Shown here in pieces: positions 1-7,988 of a stretch of DNA of 37,618 bases; positions within the stretch are counted from its first letter, which is position 1; every line of letters starts with the position of its first letter. Location of the stretch: the IMG/VR virus record IMGVR_UViG_3300020594_000163, positions 1-37,618 of that record. One strand, given 5' to 3'. The notes under the pieces are model-generated. The model saw only the letters and a program-made list of their open reading frames with translations. It did no database searches and was not told where the DNA came from. A program made the translations under genes and the position numbers. This DNA is from a virus (lineage: Duplodnaviria > Caudoviricetes).

Positions 1-1
1 C

Positions 2-1015
2 AAGCGCTACGTCTGCTTTGTACTTAGATAGGCTTTCTGCTGTCAGCTCAGTCGGCGGCTTTGGCACGATCAGCTGTGATTCGAGCTGAGCAATGATGCT
101 GAGAAGGCCTGGGCTGTATTCCTTGCCGCTCGGCGGCAGGATGGCCACTACTTGTGCAGGTCTACCGATTTTTGCCGGCTGACTAATGGAGCGCTCTTCT
201 TGAAGCTGGACCTCTAGTGCGCGGATCTCTTCGTCCAGGCCTTTGATTAGTGCGCCCAGAGCTTCTACTGTCTTAGCATCAGCTTTCTCGTGCTCTGCTT
301 TCTTCAGTCGAAGGTTGGCGTCCCTTCGGTCAATTCGAGCGTTGTCGAGCATGATCTTAAGGCGTTCAGCAGCAGGCATCTCTGACATCGAGCGTTCGAT
401 ATCCCGCTTCACTTCATCGATCTCACGCTGATAGTAAGCAACACGTTCGCGAGACGACATAGCGGGGCGACCCAAGCCGTCATAGACCGGATTCTCGCTT
501 TCGTCGATAGCTGCCATTGCATCTTCATACGTCTTCAGCTTGCGCCGCAGGTGTCGAAACTTCCGACCGATTTCGCTGATTGCCGGGCGACCAGGGCCTT
601 TTACGCGAAGCTTTTCGCCCTTCGCAATGATCTCGTCTTCAGTGATCGGGTCTCGACCATCTGCGACCTCAGCTTCACGCAGTTCTTCTAGCTGCTTCTC
701 GTACGCGTCTTTTGCACGCTGACGCAGCTCAGCAAGAGGAACAGGAGGTCGGCCCATTTTCTTGTTGCCTTGCCGCTCGGCCTCCTGGTCATCCTCGTCT
801 TTTTCGAGCAGTTCCTGCCATTTCCAGTAGAGCGTCCCGGCTTTATCAGAGAGCTTTTGGATTGGGTCTTTTTTAGGTCTCACTGCTCTTACTCCTGCCT
901 GAAGCCCTGATTCCACGGGCTGTTGACCGGTAAATTCACGCCACATACGTACCAGGCAATTGTGTGTTTGCGGCTGCGTACGTGAAGCGCTGTTGTTCAG
1001 TGCATGCGTGCTCAT
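2..1015 (-). CDS. Charged coiled-coil protein with four GRP (AT-hook-like) motifs; runs off the left edge; absent from the supplied ORF track
   Basis: Manual translation: open frame from ATG 1015 (GGAG upstream) or in-frame GTG 883 (GGAG upstream) to the window edge: (M)RPKKDPIQKLSDKAGTLYWKWQELLEKDEDDQEAERQGNKKMGRPP...KGPGRPA...GLGRPA...KIGRPA...; no stop in 338 codons. Confidence 0.85.
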   Translation of the reverse strand, partial: MSTHALNNSASRTQPQTHNCLVRMWREFTGQQPVESGLQAGVRAVRPKKDPIQKLSDKAGTLYWKWQELLEKDEDDQEAERQGNKKMGRPPVPLAELRQRAKDAYEKQLEELREAEVADGRDPITEDEIIAKGEKLRVKGPGRPAISEIGRKFRHLRRKLKTYEDAMAAIDESENPVYDGLGRPAMSSRERVAYYQREIDEVKRDIERSMSEMPAAERLKIMLDNARIDRRDANLRLKKAEHEKADAKTVEALGALIKGLDEEIRALEVQLQEERSISQPAKIGRPAQVVAILPPSGKEYSPGLLSIIAQLESQLIVPKPPTELTAESLSKYKADVAL

Positions 1016-1277
1016 TTCTCTACTCCACTCGTTCCCATGCCTACGCCAGGTCTTCTGGCATGTACTGCACGTGTGAAGCTGGCCACGCATGCGTCAGGAG
1101 GTATGGAAACCACCCCGCTGGGCATTTTTGGCGTTAGCCGGTTAAAAAACGAACATCTATCAGCAGACATTACGTTCTGAAAACCCGCCTCACCAAGAAA
1201 GGCTAGTAGAGATCAGATATAAAGCAAGAAAATAATTAAAGAAATTTAATAGGCTGTCAAGAAATTCATTATTTTGA

Positions 1278-1286
1278 TGGTATAAT
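1278..1286 (+). promoter_or_regulatory. Extended -10 promoter element for the mobC-relaxase operon
   Basis: TGgTATAAT in an AT-rich tract upstream of mobC. Confidence 0.5.
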
Positions 1287-1306
1287 ATTTTTATTGACAC
1301 GAAATG

Positions 1307-1393
1307 CAAGCTATGTTTGACCCCCGCACCAAACCTCGTTCCTCGGTCTGGCGCAGTGATCAAACGGCTTGTGCTCAAACCCTTCGGGTTCTG
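1307..1393. other. Candidate origin of transfer (oriT)
   Basis: Nested imperfect inverted repeat CAAGC(TAT)GTTTGA..GCACCAAACC-TCGTTCCTC-GGTCTGGCGC..TCAAAC(G)GCTTG (1307-1371) plus AACCC-TTC-GGGTT hairpin, directly upstream of mobC/relaxase; nic site not identified. Confidence 0.5.
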
Positions 1394-1441
1394 CGCGAGT
1401 AGTCAAAAAGCACCGACAAAAACAATAACAAAAGGTGAACC

Positions 1442-1804
1442 ATGGAAAAGATCGTCTACAAAGGCGGAAGGCCTAAATCAACAAATCCACGCACAATCGT
1501 TTCGGAAGTCTACTTGACTCCGGAAGAGGCAGAAGAGCTTAAAGCAGCTGGAAAGAAATACGGTTACTCATACCTGTCTCAATTTCTTCGCAATGCAGCG
1601 TTTGCTTTGATCTACCAAAAAAGCATCGGAGCGGACGCCGCATCAGCAATTGTCTCTTCATACCTCGGTTCTCTGGCTAGTGACATCGACGACTTGAAAG
1701 AGCTTTGCTCTCGTCCAGGCATGCCCGACTCAGCTTTTGTTATCTCTGACTCAGCAAGAAATAAAATTAAAAAGCTGAATGAAATAATCCAAAAACAACA
1801 ATAA
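1442..1804 (+). CDS. mobC: Relaxosome accessory ribbon-helix-helix protein (MobC-like)
   Basis: N-terminal KGGRPK, then VYLTPEEAEELKAAG...LSQFLRNAA RHH pattern; 14 bp upstream of the relaxase. Confidence 0.75.
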   Translation: MEKIVYKGGRPKSTNPRTIVSEVYLTPEEAEELKAAGKKYGYSYLSQFLRNAAFALIYQKSIGADAASAIVSSYLGSLASDIDDLKELCSRPGMPDSAFVISDSARNKIKKLNEIIQKQQ

Positions 1805-1818
1805 TAAAGGATAGGAAA

Positions 1819-3246
1819 ATGATCAGTAAAATAATGGCGTTCGCTTCAACATTCAGATATCGAATCGAATACGAATTTGCCGCAAGAAAAAAGGACAAAG
1901 ACAACAAAATAAATTATGTTGAGTTCGTTGGCGGAAATCTTGTTTCTGGAAACCCGTACTACGAGGCTGTTGTTGATGGACGAAGAAAAGTCTTTGTGGA
2001 CGTTGAGCCCATAGTCGAGGAGTTCGAAAAGTCAGCCAAGGCTTACAAGGGAAATCACGACAACATCTGCGGACACTACGTTCTGTCGCTCAAGAAAGGA
2101 GAAACCCTAGATCGTGAAGAATGGCTTGCTGCTGTTCATGATTACATGCGTGAGCTTGGCTATGACGAAACCACAAAGTACGTTGCCGTGATCCATCGGG
2201 ACAAGCCAGAGGAGCACGTACACATCGTGACATCAAGGGTCCGCCTCGCAGAGAAAAGCATGTCAGAGAACAGGCCAGAACTAGGAGCGAATTTCCAGCT
2301 TGTGCCGACGAGCAATGACTACAGAAAAGGCATGGATGTCGCCCGCACTCTTGAGACTGAATACGACCTATCGACGCCTGTAACAGATGGTTGGTCAAAA
2401 GAAACAAAGCGCGGATTCGATCCTGACAAAGACCAAGCCAGAATAATCAGAGGCATAGCTAAGGGCATTTTCAAAAACAGCAGGCCACGCACAATGACTC
2501 AGCTTGTCAATACCTTGGCTAGTCGAGGAATACAAATCAAAGTATCGGAAAACTCAAGCGGAGAGATCTACGGTATCAAGTATCGCCTGGACCGCCAGGA
2601 TGGAAGATGGATTTCCGGCAGCAAGGTCTTAGACAAAATGACGTGGCCAGGGCTCCAACAAGACCTTGGAATAAGCTATGTCCCATCACGTGATGACAAC
2701 ACTCTCGGTCGCGGTGTTGGTATGTCTAACCCTGACGTAACATCCGTAAAGAATGATGGTGCGTTATTCCGTGCATACGTAAAGATTAAGCAGCCCAGCG
2801 AAGAACTGTACACATATGTGCGTAGCCGCAGGCAACGCATGGGCTTCCATAGAGAAAATAACAATATATTTATAGGGTTCAATATGGGCGTCAACTTTTC
2901 ATTTTCAAAACTTACAAAGAGTGAAGTGGAAATTGAAATTGAAAAGAGACGCTTTGCAACTCTATTGAATCAGCTTTTGAAAATGGTTAAAGATATCATG
3001 GATATATTTTGCTATACGTGCGAATTCTCATTCGATCATGAGGCCAACATGGCTGATTATCAAGCAACAGCCTTACGGCTAAATGTCCCAGTGGGTGTTG
3101 GCCGTGCAGAAGCGTATATCCTTGATGAGCAGTGCGAACAGAAGGTTCAAGAGCAAATTAAGAAGCAACTTGGCCACTTATTGTCGCATTGCGTGCGCAA
3201 CGAGATCGAAGATGCTCCATCTGTGATGGCTATAACCGAAAAATAA
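1819..3246 (+). CDS. HUH relaxase, MOB-P type
   Basis: MISKI...F...Y motif I, HYVLSLKKGE motif II, AVIHRDKPEEHVHIV motif III, and later GIKYRLD...ISGSKV. Confidence 0.9.
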   Translation: MISKIMAFASTFRYRIEYEFAARKKDKDNKINYVEFVGGNLVSGNPYYEAVVDGRRKVFVDVEPIVEEFEKSAKAYKGNHDNICGHYVLSLKKGETLDREEWLAAVHDYMRELGYDETTKYVAVIHRDKPEEHVHIVTSRVRLAEKSMSENRPELGANFQLVPTSNDYRKGMDVARTLETEYDLSTPVTDGWSKETKRGFDPDKDQARIIRGIAKGIFKNSRPRTMTQLVNTLASRGIQIKVSENSSGEIYGIKYRLDRQDGRWISGSKVLDKMTWPGLQQDLGISYVPSRDDNTLGRGVGMSNPDVTSVKNDGALFRAYVKIKQPSEELYTYVRSRRQRMGFHRENNNIFIGFNMGVNFSFSKLTKSEVEIEIEKRRFATLLNQLLKMVKDIMDIFCYTCEFSFDHEANMADYQATALRLNVPVGVGRAEAYILDEQCEQKVQEQIKKQLGHLLSHCVRNEIEDAPSVMAITEK

Positions 3247-3272
3247 AGCCCCAACAGCGACGCCTCTGACGG

Positions 3273-3566
3273 TCAGGCATTCTCCTGGCCGTCATTGCGT
3301 CGCCCTCTAACCCTTATGAACTCTTTAAGTGCCATCTCAACCAGTTCGTCATCATCAACGTCATCGCTCACGAAAGCCCTCGCTTCATCATATAGCTCGT
3401 CATCAATAAAGACCTCAAGAAGTGCATTTAAACTCATTTCTCCAGAATCATTTTCATTCGAAATTAATCCAATAATTCTTTTGCATTGAGCGGCCTTGAC
3501 TGCTCTTGACCAAAGAAGATCTAAGCAATTTAATTCGGTTTCAGCATCCGGCTTTAAGCTTTCCAT
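3273..3566 (-). CDS. Small acidic protein with C-terminal VapB-antitoxin-like (DUF2191-type) segment; no adjacent toxin
   Basis: IDDELYDEARAFVSDDVDDDELVEMALKEFIRV resembles the IDD.LY..A......D...L...A...F.RV pattern of this antitoxin family. Confidence 0.55.
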   Translation of the reverse strand: MESLKPDAETELNCLDLLWSRAVKAAQCKRIIGLISNENDSGEMSLNALLEVFIDDELYDEARAFVSDDVDDDELVEMALKEFIRVRGRRNDGQENA

Positions 3567-3582
3567 TTCATTCCATTATCCT

Positions 3583-3628
3583 AAAAAAATCAAGCCCCAC
3601 CAGCGATTTCTCAAGCATGGTGAGGCTC
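3583..3628 (-). terminator. Intrinsic terminator
   Basis: GAGCCUCACCA...UGGUGGGGCUU stem followed by GA and U7. Confidence 0.65.
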
Positions 3629-3746
3629 AGCGCTCAGGTATATTCGAGCAAAAGTTTGTATTCAAGTGAAAAGCTAGTCAGGCCGCCGAACTTTCCCGGC
3701 AGTCAGCAAACATGAACAGGAGGTTTGGCCCGCTCTAGCTCTTCAT
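3583..3746 (-). ncRNA. Candidate structured small RNA or attenuating leader, about 165 nt
   Basis: Begins about 7 nt after a near-consensus promoter; 11-bp stem 3735-3745/3667-3677 enclosing two hairpins; further hairpin 3632-3649; ends in a terminator; no credible ORF. Confidence 0.6.
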
Positions 3747-3752
3747 GTCTAT

Positions 3753-3781
3753 ATTATAAAATTACATTTCCAGCTATTCAA
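3753..3781 (-). promoter_or_regulatory. Sigma70-type promoter driving the candidate RNA
   Basis: TTGAAT-17 bp-TATAAT with AT-rich upstream tract. Confidence 0.75.
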
Positions 3782-3879
3782 TAAATATTTGATTTATTTT
3801 CGTTTTAATATTGTCTTATCTGCGCGGATCAATATATTATAACGATGTAAGTTAACCCCTAACTATAAGTTGTTTTTAA

Positions 3880-4470
3880 TTGATCCAGATCCCTGAGAAT
3901 TTAGAATCTCTCGGGCGCGATGCTCTCCTGAAATTCGCGATGGACGTTAAAAACCAGCAGTCATTAATAAATTTTAATGAGTTCAACAGACTGAAGTTTT
4001 CGCCACCACCAGCACCTGAGGGCGTTGAGAAGCTGCCGAAGGCTCCTTTGCCGTTCAGTAGCTGGTTTGAATTCAGGATGTTCAGCACTCATCTCGAAAA
4101 GCTCGACTATGAGCCGCTGTCCATCGATTACGTGCGTAAACACAAGTACACCCCTGACTCCATCATTCCTGGAACCAACCTGCTTGTAGAGCTTAAGGGC
4201 TCTTTTGAAAAGGACGAGCCCGGCAAGTACCAAGCCATCCACGAGCAGTCGGGATATGCTTTTCTATTTGTCTTCCAGCGCCGTGGTACAGAGATAGCTT
4301 GGAAGAAGCCCCGCAAGGACGGATCACGGCTTCTTCATGAAGAATGGGTTGCATACCATAACAAGCGAGGCCTCCCATTCTATTGTACATTTGAAGATGA
4401 ATTCGAAGACTTCAAAAAGAGCAGAGCGTTCCTAGAAATATTTAAGCGTCACAAAATAACGCAACATTGA
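3880..4470 (+). CDS. T7 endonuclease I-like PD-(D/E)xK nuclease / Holliday junction resolvase
   Basis: YE...I.Y...HKYTPD...LLVELKG...FVFQ motif series; start codon uncertain (TTG 3880 or ATG 3940). Confidence 0.8.
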   Translation: MIQIPENLESLGRDALLKFAMDVKNQQSLINFNEFNRLKFSPPPAPEGVEKLPKAPLPFSSWFEFRMFSTHLEKLDYEPLSIDYVRKHKYTPDSIIPGTNLLVELKGSFEKDEPGKYQAIHEQSGYAFLFVFQRRGTEIAWKKPRKDGSRLLHEEWVAYHNKRGLPFYCTFEDEFEDFKKSRAFLEIFKRHKITQH

Positions 4471-4525
4471 AATATTTAAATTATTTTAATAATTTCTGTG
4501 TTTTGCGTAAAAACTCGAATATTAA

Positions 4526-4540
4526 TATGTTATAATAAAA
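4526..4540 (+). promoter_or_regulatory. Extended -10 promoter, copy 1 of TATGTTATAATAAAA
   Basis: TGtTATAAT; identical 15-mer at 21398-21412. Confidence 0.7.
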
Positions 4541-4573
4541 ACATAAAATAACAATAATAAGGAGTAACATGCA

Positions 4574-5287
4574 ATGTATATACGTATGAGCCAGTATTGC
4601 GACAAAGTTGTTGTCTTGAGGTCCGTCTCCCATGCCGTGGAGGCCTTCGACGCAAACGGGAACCCGCTCAAGGGCGTCCGCCGCAGCACTACTGAACAAA
4701 TCGCATCTTTCAACCTCGTCGAGCCCATCGTTCACCCCGAAATTTCCGACGAGAAGGCCCTTGAGTTCGAAGAGTGGCGCGAGTTTCAGCTGAAGCGCAT
4801 CCAGAAGGCGTACATAGAGCACGCAGCGGCCGGGAAACTTGGCGGCTACCCGCTGCTGAAGACCAAGAGCGGCATGGGGGACGAGTTGGCAAGGGTCGGC
4901 GAATTCAGCGGCCTCATCAGCACGATGATCGAGGTCCAGCCCGGCATGATCAAGAACATCATCAATGGCAAGAAGCAAGCTGACGATCAGCAGCTACAGG
5001 CAGGCAAGACGCTGAACGAAAGGGTTGTTAGCGAATCAATTTGTGAGCGCATCAAAGAGATCAGCGAAGACATTTTGCGCTACATGAGCCTCACAAACCG
5101 CAAAGGGACTGACATCTACACGATTCAGCAGACTCTCGACATGCGCGCAGCCTGGACCGCGCTGGGCTGTACGCTCGATAGCAGAGGTATCGGATACCCG
5201 AAAGTCACCGGAAACATTGACGGCAGAAACGCTGCTGAAGAAGGCCTGGAAATCTTCAACGACATCAAGAAAAACACGCTGGGTTGA
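4574..5287 (+). CDS. Hypothetical protein, 237 aa
   Basis: Long ORF, AAGGAG RBS, strong promoter, GC-biased third positions. Confidence 0.8.
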   Translation: MYIRMSQYCDKVVVLRSVSHAVEAFDANGNPLKGVRRSTTEQIASFNLVEPIVHPEISDEKALEFEEWREFQLKRIQKAYIEHAAAGKLGGYPLLKTKSGMGDELARVGEFSGLISTMIEVQPGMIKNIINGKKQADDQQLQAGKTLNERVVSESICERIKEISEDILRYMSLTNRKGTDIYTIQQTLDMRAAWTALGCTLDSRGIGYPKVTGNIDGRNAAEEGLEIFNDIKKNTLG

Positions 5288-5295
5288 CCAGGTCT

Positions 5296-5330
5296 GCCTG
5301 ATTCCTGCAATTGGGTTTCAGGCTTTTCTT
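5296..5330 (+). terminator. Probable intrinsic terminator
   Basis: GCCTGA...TCAGGC stem followed by TTTTCTT, between convergent genes. Confidence 0.5.
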
Positions 5331-5349
5331 GTGAGAGAATGATGCGCCA

Positions 5350-5547
5350 TCACGATGATTTCTTTCGGGATTCTTTCTTCTTTCGCAGCGTGATCGTTCC
5401 ATTTCTTTTTGAGACCGACCAGATAAGCGTATCGCCTGGCTTTACTCTCATTGCGTTGCACACAGATTCCGGCAGCTCAATCACTAGATCTCCGCTTCCA
5501 TCCCCCGCATCAAGGCACTCAACCGTCCATCTTTGTTGTTCAGTCAT
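5350..5547 (-). CDS. AbrB/MazE/SpoVT-family DNA-binding protein; no toxin downstream
   Basis: GDLVIELPESVCNAMRVKPGDTL swapped-hairpin pattern; ATG 5547 overlaps the upstream stop (ATGA). Confidence 0.75.
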   Translation of the reverse strand: MTEQQRWTVECLDAGDGSGDLVIELPESVCNAMRVKPGDTLIWSVSKRNGTITLRKKKESRKKSS

Positions 5548-5912
5548 TTCGGCAACCCCGCACCCGTCTTGATGCAACGCTCACATAGCTTCCAAACCCA
5601 TCCGTTCCGGACCTCTTCTCGGGCCGGATGGCGGCCACAGTATTGGCAGATCTGGTCCGTAGCCATCTCGATTGCGTAACCGATTGCCAGCAGGTGGGGC
5701 GGAGCAAAGGGGTAATCGACTTGCAGGTATCCATTTTTGGGCTTGCAGGTCATCGGGAAGTCGTACTCTTCGCTGACGATCTTCAGCGCATTCGCGAACC
5801 GCTGCCATCCCCTGTAGTTCTCGCCCAACCACCCAGACTCTACTGGCAGATCAGGCAATAGGTGACGTATGGGTGCAAGAGGATCTACTGGTTCGTTCCC
5901 GTCATTACTCAT
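5544..5912 (-). CDS. Hypothetical protein with C-terminal zinc ribbon
   Basis: CQYCG...KLCERC; ATG 5912 overlaps the end of the upstream gene. Confidence 0.7.
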   Translation of the reverse strand: MSNDGNEPVDPLAPIRHLLPDLPVESGWLGENYRGWQRFANALKIVSEEYDFPMTCKPKNGYLQVDYPFAPPHLLAIGYAIEMATDQICQYCGRHPAREEVRNGWVWKLCERCIKTGAGLPK

Positions 5913-6204
5913 GCCCAACCCCTTGGTTTGACAACAAAGCGCTTGGATCAATCTTTACTTCGTCAAGCAGCTTTTCAATCTGTAAAACAAAAGCATCATC
6001 AAATACTAACTCTGCGCTCCTGACCTCGAACTGACTATTAACCAGTCGACCGCACTCAGTCAAAATTCTGTCCCGTATCGCCTGTTTTATTAGTCTTGAT
6101 ATATCTTCGTCGCTCCTGAATCCCAGGGTTCTAAGCAACTTGAGGAGCGATAAGTCTGCATCGGCAGATAGAGTTATACGCCATTCATGCTTTGAGTCGC
6201 TCAT
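5905..6204 (-). CDS. Ribbon-helix-helix protein (XACb0070-like)
   Basis: WRITLSADADLSL..LL...G.....ISRLIKQAIRDRIL matches the family pattern as recalled; GGAG RBS. Confidence 0.6.
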   Translation of the reverse strand: MSDSKHEWRITLSADADLSLLKLLRTLGFRSDEDISRLIKQAIRDRILTECGRLVNSQFEVRSAELVFDDAFVLQIEKLLDEVKIDPSALLSNQGVGHE

Positions 6205-6501
6205 CGCTTTCTAGCTCCAGTTCATCGCTAGTCGCCTCTATATCACATGACTAGTCAGCTGTTGAGTGTTTTTACGGTTTTCTGCTGAATTGGCAAAGGA
6301 ACAAATCCAACACACTTGCCGATAGGTGTAATGACTTTGTTCCGCATTTCCTGATGATTGCTGGGCCAAATTGGATTTTGTGTGCTCATTTATGAGGCTC
6401 GTGGTCACGCCCTGGGGGCGTGTAGGCTTGGAAATATTGGACAGACTGGGCTGTTGCATGCATCCTGATTTGACTATCGGACAGATTCCTGAGCATAAGC
6501 A

Positions 6502-7245
6502 ATGAAGTTGCATATTCTTTCTGATTTACATAATGAGTTCGATGAGTTTGTGCCTACCCCTGCGGCTAGCGAAGCAGATGTTGTTATTCTGGCAGGTGAT
6601 ATTGATGTTGGAATCAGAGGGCTGGAGTGGGCTGACAGGGTATTTGATTGCCCGGTTCTTTACGTTCCAGGGAACCACGAATTCTATCACCACCACTTAG
6701 AGTACGTACTTGATGAGATGCGCAGGTTCAGCAGCAAGAAAGTAACTATGCTTGACATGAACGAAACGATAATGGGCGGCGTTAGATTTATCGGAGCAAC
6801 GATGTGGACGGATTTTGCGTGTACAGGAGACCCCGCTATTGCCGCTTTGTTCGCCCAGCAGAAGCTAAATGACTTTAAAGTAATACGCACTGATAATGAC
6901 AGAAAGCTTCGTCCCGCTGATTTAGTCAGGATATGTGAAAATACAAAATCTTGGTTGCGCTCAAAGCTAGAAGAGAAGTTTCACGAAAAGACTGTTGTAA
7001 TCACGCACCATGCGCCTCTGCTGCGTTCTCTTGAGCACAGCCCGTATCCAGACTCTCATCTTGACGCGGCCTTTGCAAACCACTTTGAAGACCTTTTTGA
7101 AGACGGAATGGCTGACTTATGGATACATGGTCACACGCATATCGCTGCTGACTATGACTTCAACAAGACGCGTGTGATCTCAAATCCGCGCGGGTATCAG
7201 CGTGAAGAAACATTGTTCAATCCGGACCTGGTTGTCGATCTATGA
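6502..7245 (+). CDS. Calcineurin-like metallophosphoesterase
   Basis: SDLH, LAGDI, PGNHE, THHAP, HGHTH, NPRGY motifs all intact. Confidence 0.92.
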   Translation: MKLHILSDLHNEFDEFVPTPAASEADVVILAGDIDVGIRGLEWADRVFDCPVLYVPGNHEFYHHHLEYVLDEMRRFSSKKVTMLDMNETIMGGVRFIGATMWTDFACTGDPAIAALFAQQKLNDFKVIRTDNDRKLRPADLVRICENTKSWLRSKLEEKFHEKTVVITHHAPLLRSLEHSPYPDSHLDAAFANHFEDLFEDGMADLWIHGHTHIAADYDFNKTRVISNPRGYQREETLFNPDLVVDL

Positions 7246-7415
7246 CTAAATCAAAAAGACAGACCCAAGACCGCGAAAGCTTCAAGCAAGAAGCCCTGGA
7301 GTCATGGGCAGATTACAAAGAAACCGGCTTGCACTTGACCGGGCCGGAAGCTCGAAATTGGCTGGCTACATGGGGCACAAAAGACGAAAAGTCGGTTCCA
7401 AAGTGCCACAAGTAG
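7242..7415 (+). CDS. 57-aa stand-alone C-terminal domain of a CopG/RHH antitoxin of RelE/ParE-type systems; absent from the ORF track
   Basis: Manual translation MTKSKRQTQDRESFKQEALESWADYKETGLHLTGPEARNWLATWGTKDEKSVPKCHK; ATGA overlap with the phosphoesterase stop; followed by a hairpin. Confidence 0.8.
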   Translation: MTKSKRQTQDRESFKQEALESWADYKETGLHLTGPEARNWLATWGTKDEKSVPKCHK

Positions 7416-7422
7416 CCACGAC

Positions 7423-7456
7423 CACCCCGCTGGCCGCCTTCCCGCGCAGCGGGGTG
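7423..7456. terminator. GC-rich hairpin between convergent operons
   Basis: CACCCCGCTG / CAGCGGGGTG perfect 10-bp inverted repeat; no clear U tract. Confidence 0.5.
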
Positions 7457-7472
7457 AATGATCAGTTGTGCG

Positions 7473-7988
7473 CTAAAAGAAGCAATAATTTCTGTACGGC
7501 ACGATGAAGCCAAGGGGCTTGATCAGCTCGTTTACCGCTCCTGCTGCGCGCTCGTTTTGGTTGAACTCACGTGGCGTGTAGCTCAATGCTACAGCAAGTG
7601 TCAGCACATCCGGCGATAGCGTTGCTGGATCGAACGACCAGATTTCAATGCGAGTTGCGTTCTCGTCTCGAAAGTCCGGCTCATCGATCATTTCTTTGTC
7701 AGCCAGAAACTCATCAAGCTGCTTGATGGGCACTGCGTACGTCTTCTGTGCTCGATCAGCAAGCATCGTTCGCTCGTCGAGATACGTGTCACCGACAGCG
7801 ACCAGGCCGGCACCGTGCTGACCCCGAACGTGGATTTCAGCGATTTTTGGTGATGAGACGTAGCCGCGCACGTCGCTCAGCTGTATGTAACCATCAACAA
7901 GCGAGAGCGTGTCTGTGAGCTTTTGCATCAAACCCGGCTCATTAGCCATCACTACGCACGTGAGCATCGTAGGCATCGTGTGCATCAT
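7473..7988 (-). CDS. Protein resembling the C-terminal domain of AbiEi-like (type IV TA) antitoxins, lacking the N-terminal HTH
   Basis: G.T.L...TML......TYAV, IEIWSFDP..LS, LSY, NER....VNELI motif order; coupled to the umuC stop. Confidence 0.5.
   Translation of the reverse strand: MMHTMPTMLTCVVMANEPGLMQKLTDTLSLVDGYIQLSDVRGYVSSPKIAEIHVRGQHGAGLVAVGDTYLDERTMLADRAQKTYAVPIKQLDEFLADKEMIDEPDFRDENATRIEIWSFDPATLSPDVLTLAVALSYTPREFNQNERAAGAVNELIKPLGFIVPYRNYCFF

Noticed and set aside
1111-1121. CACCCCGCTGG shared with 7423-7433 as a possible att or target duplication
   Set aside because: Only 11 bp, compatible with chance, and no integrase nearby
3667-3745. Hammerhead ribozyme, c-di-GMP riboswitch or tRNA interpretation of the structured RNA
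   Set aside because: CUGA and GAAA are present but the CUGANGA core, riboswitch consensus and cloverleaf are not
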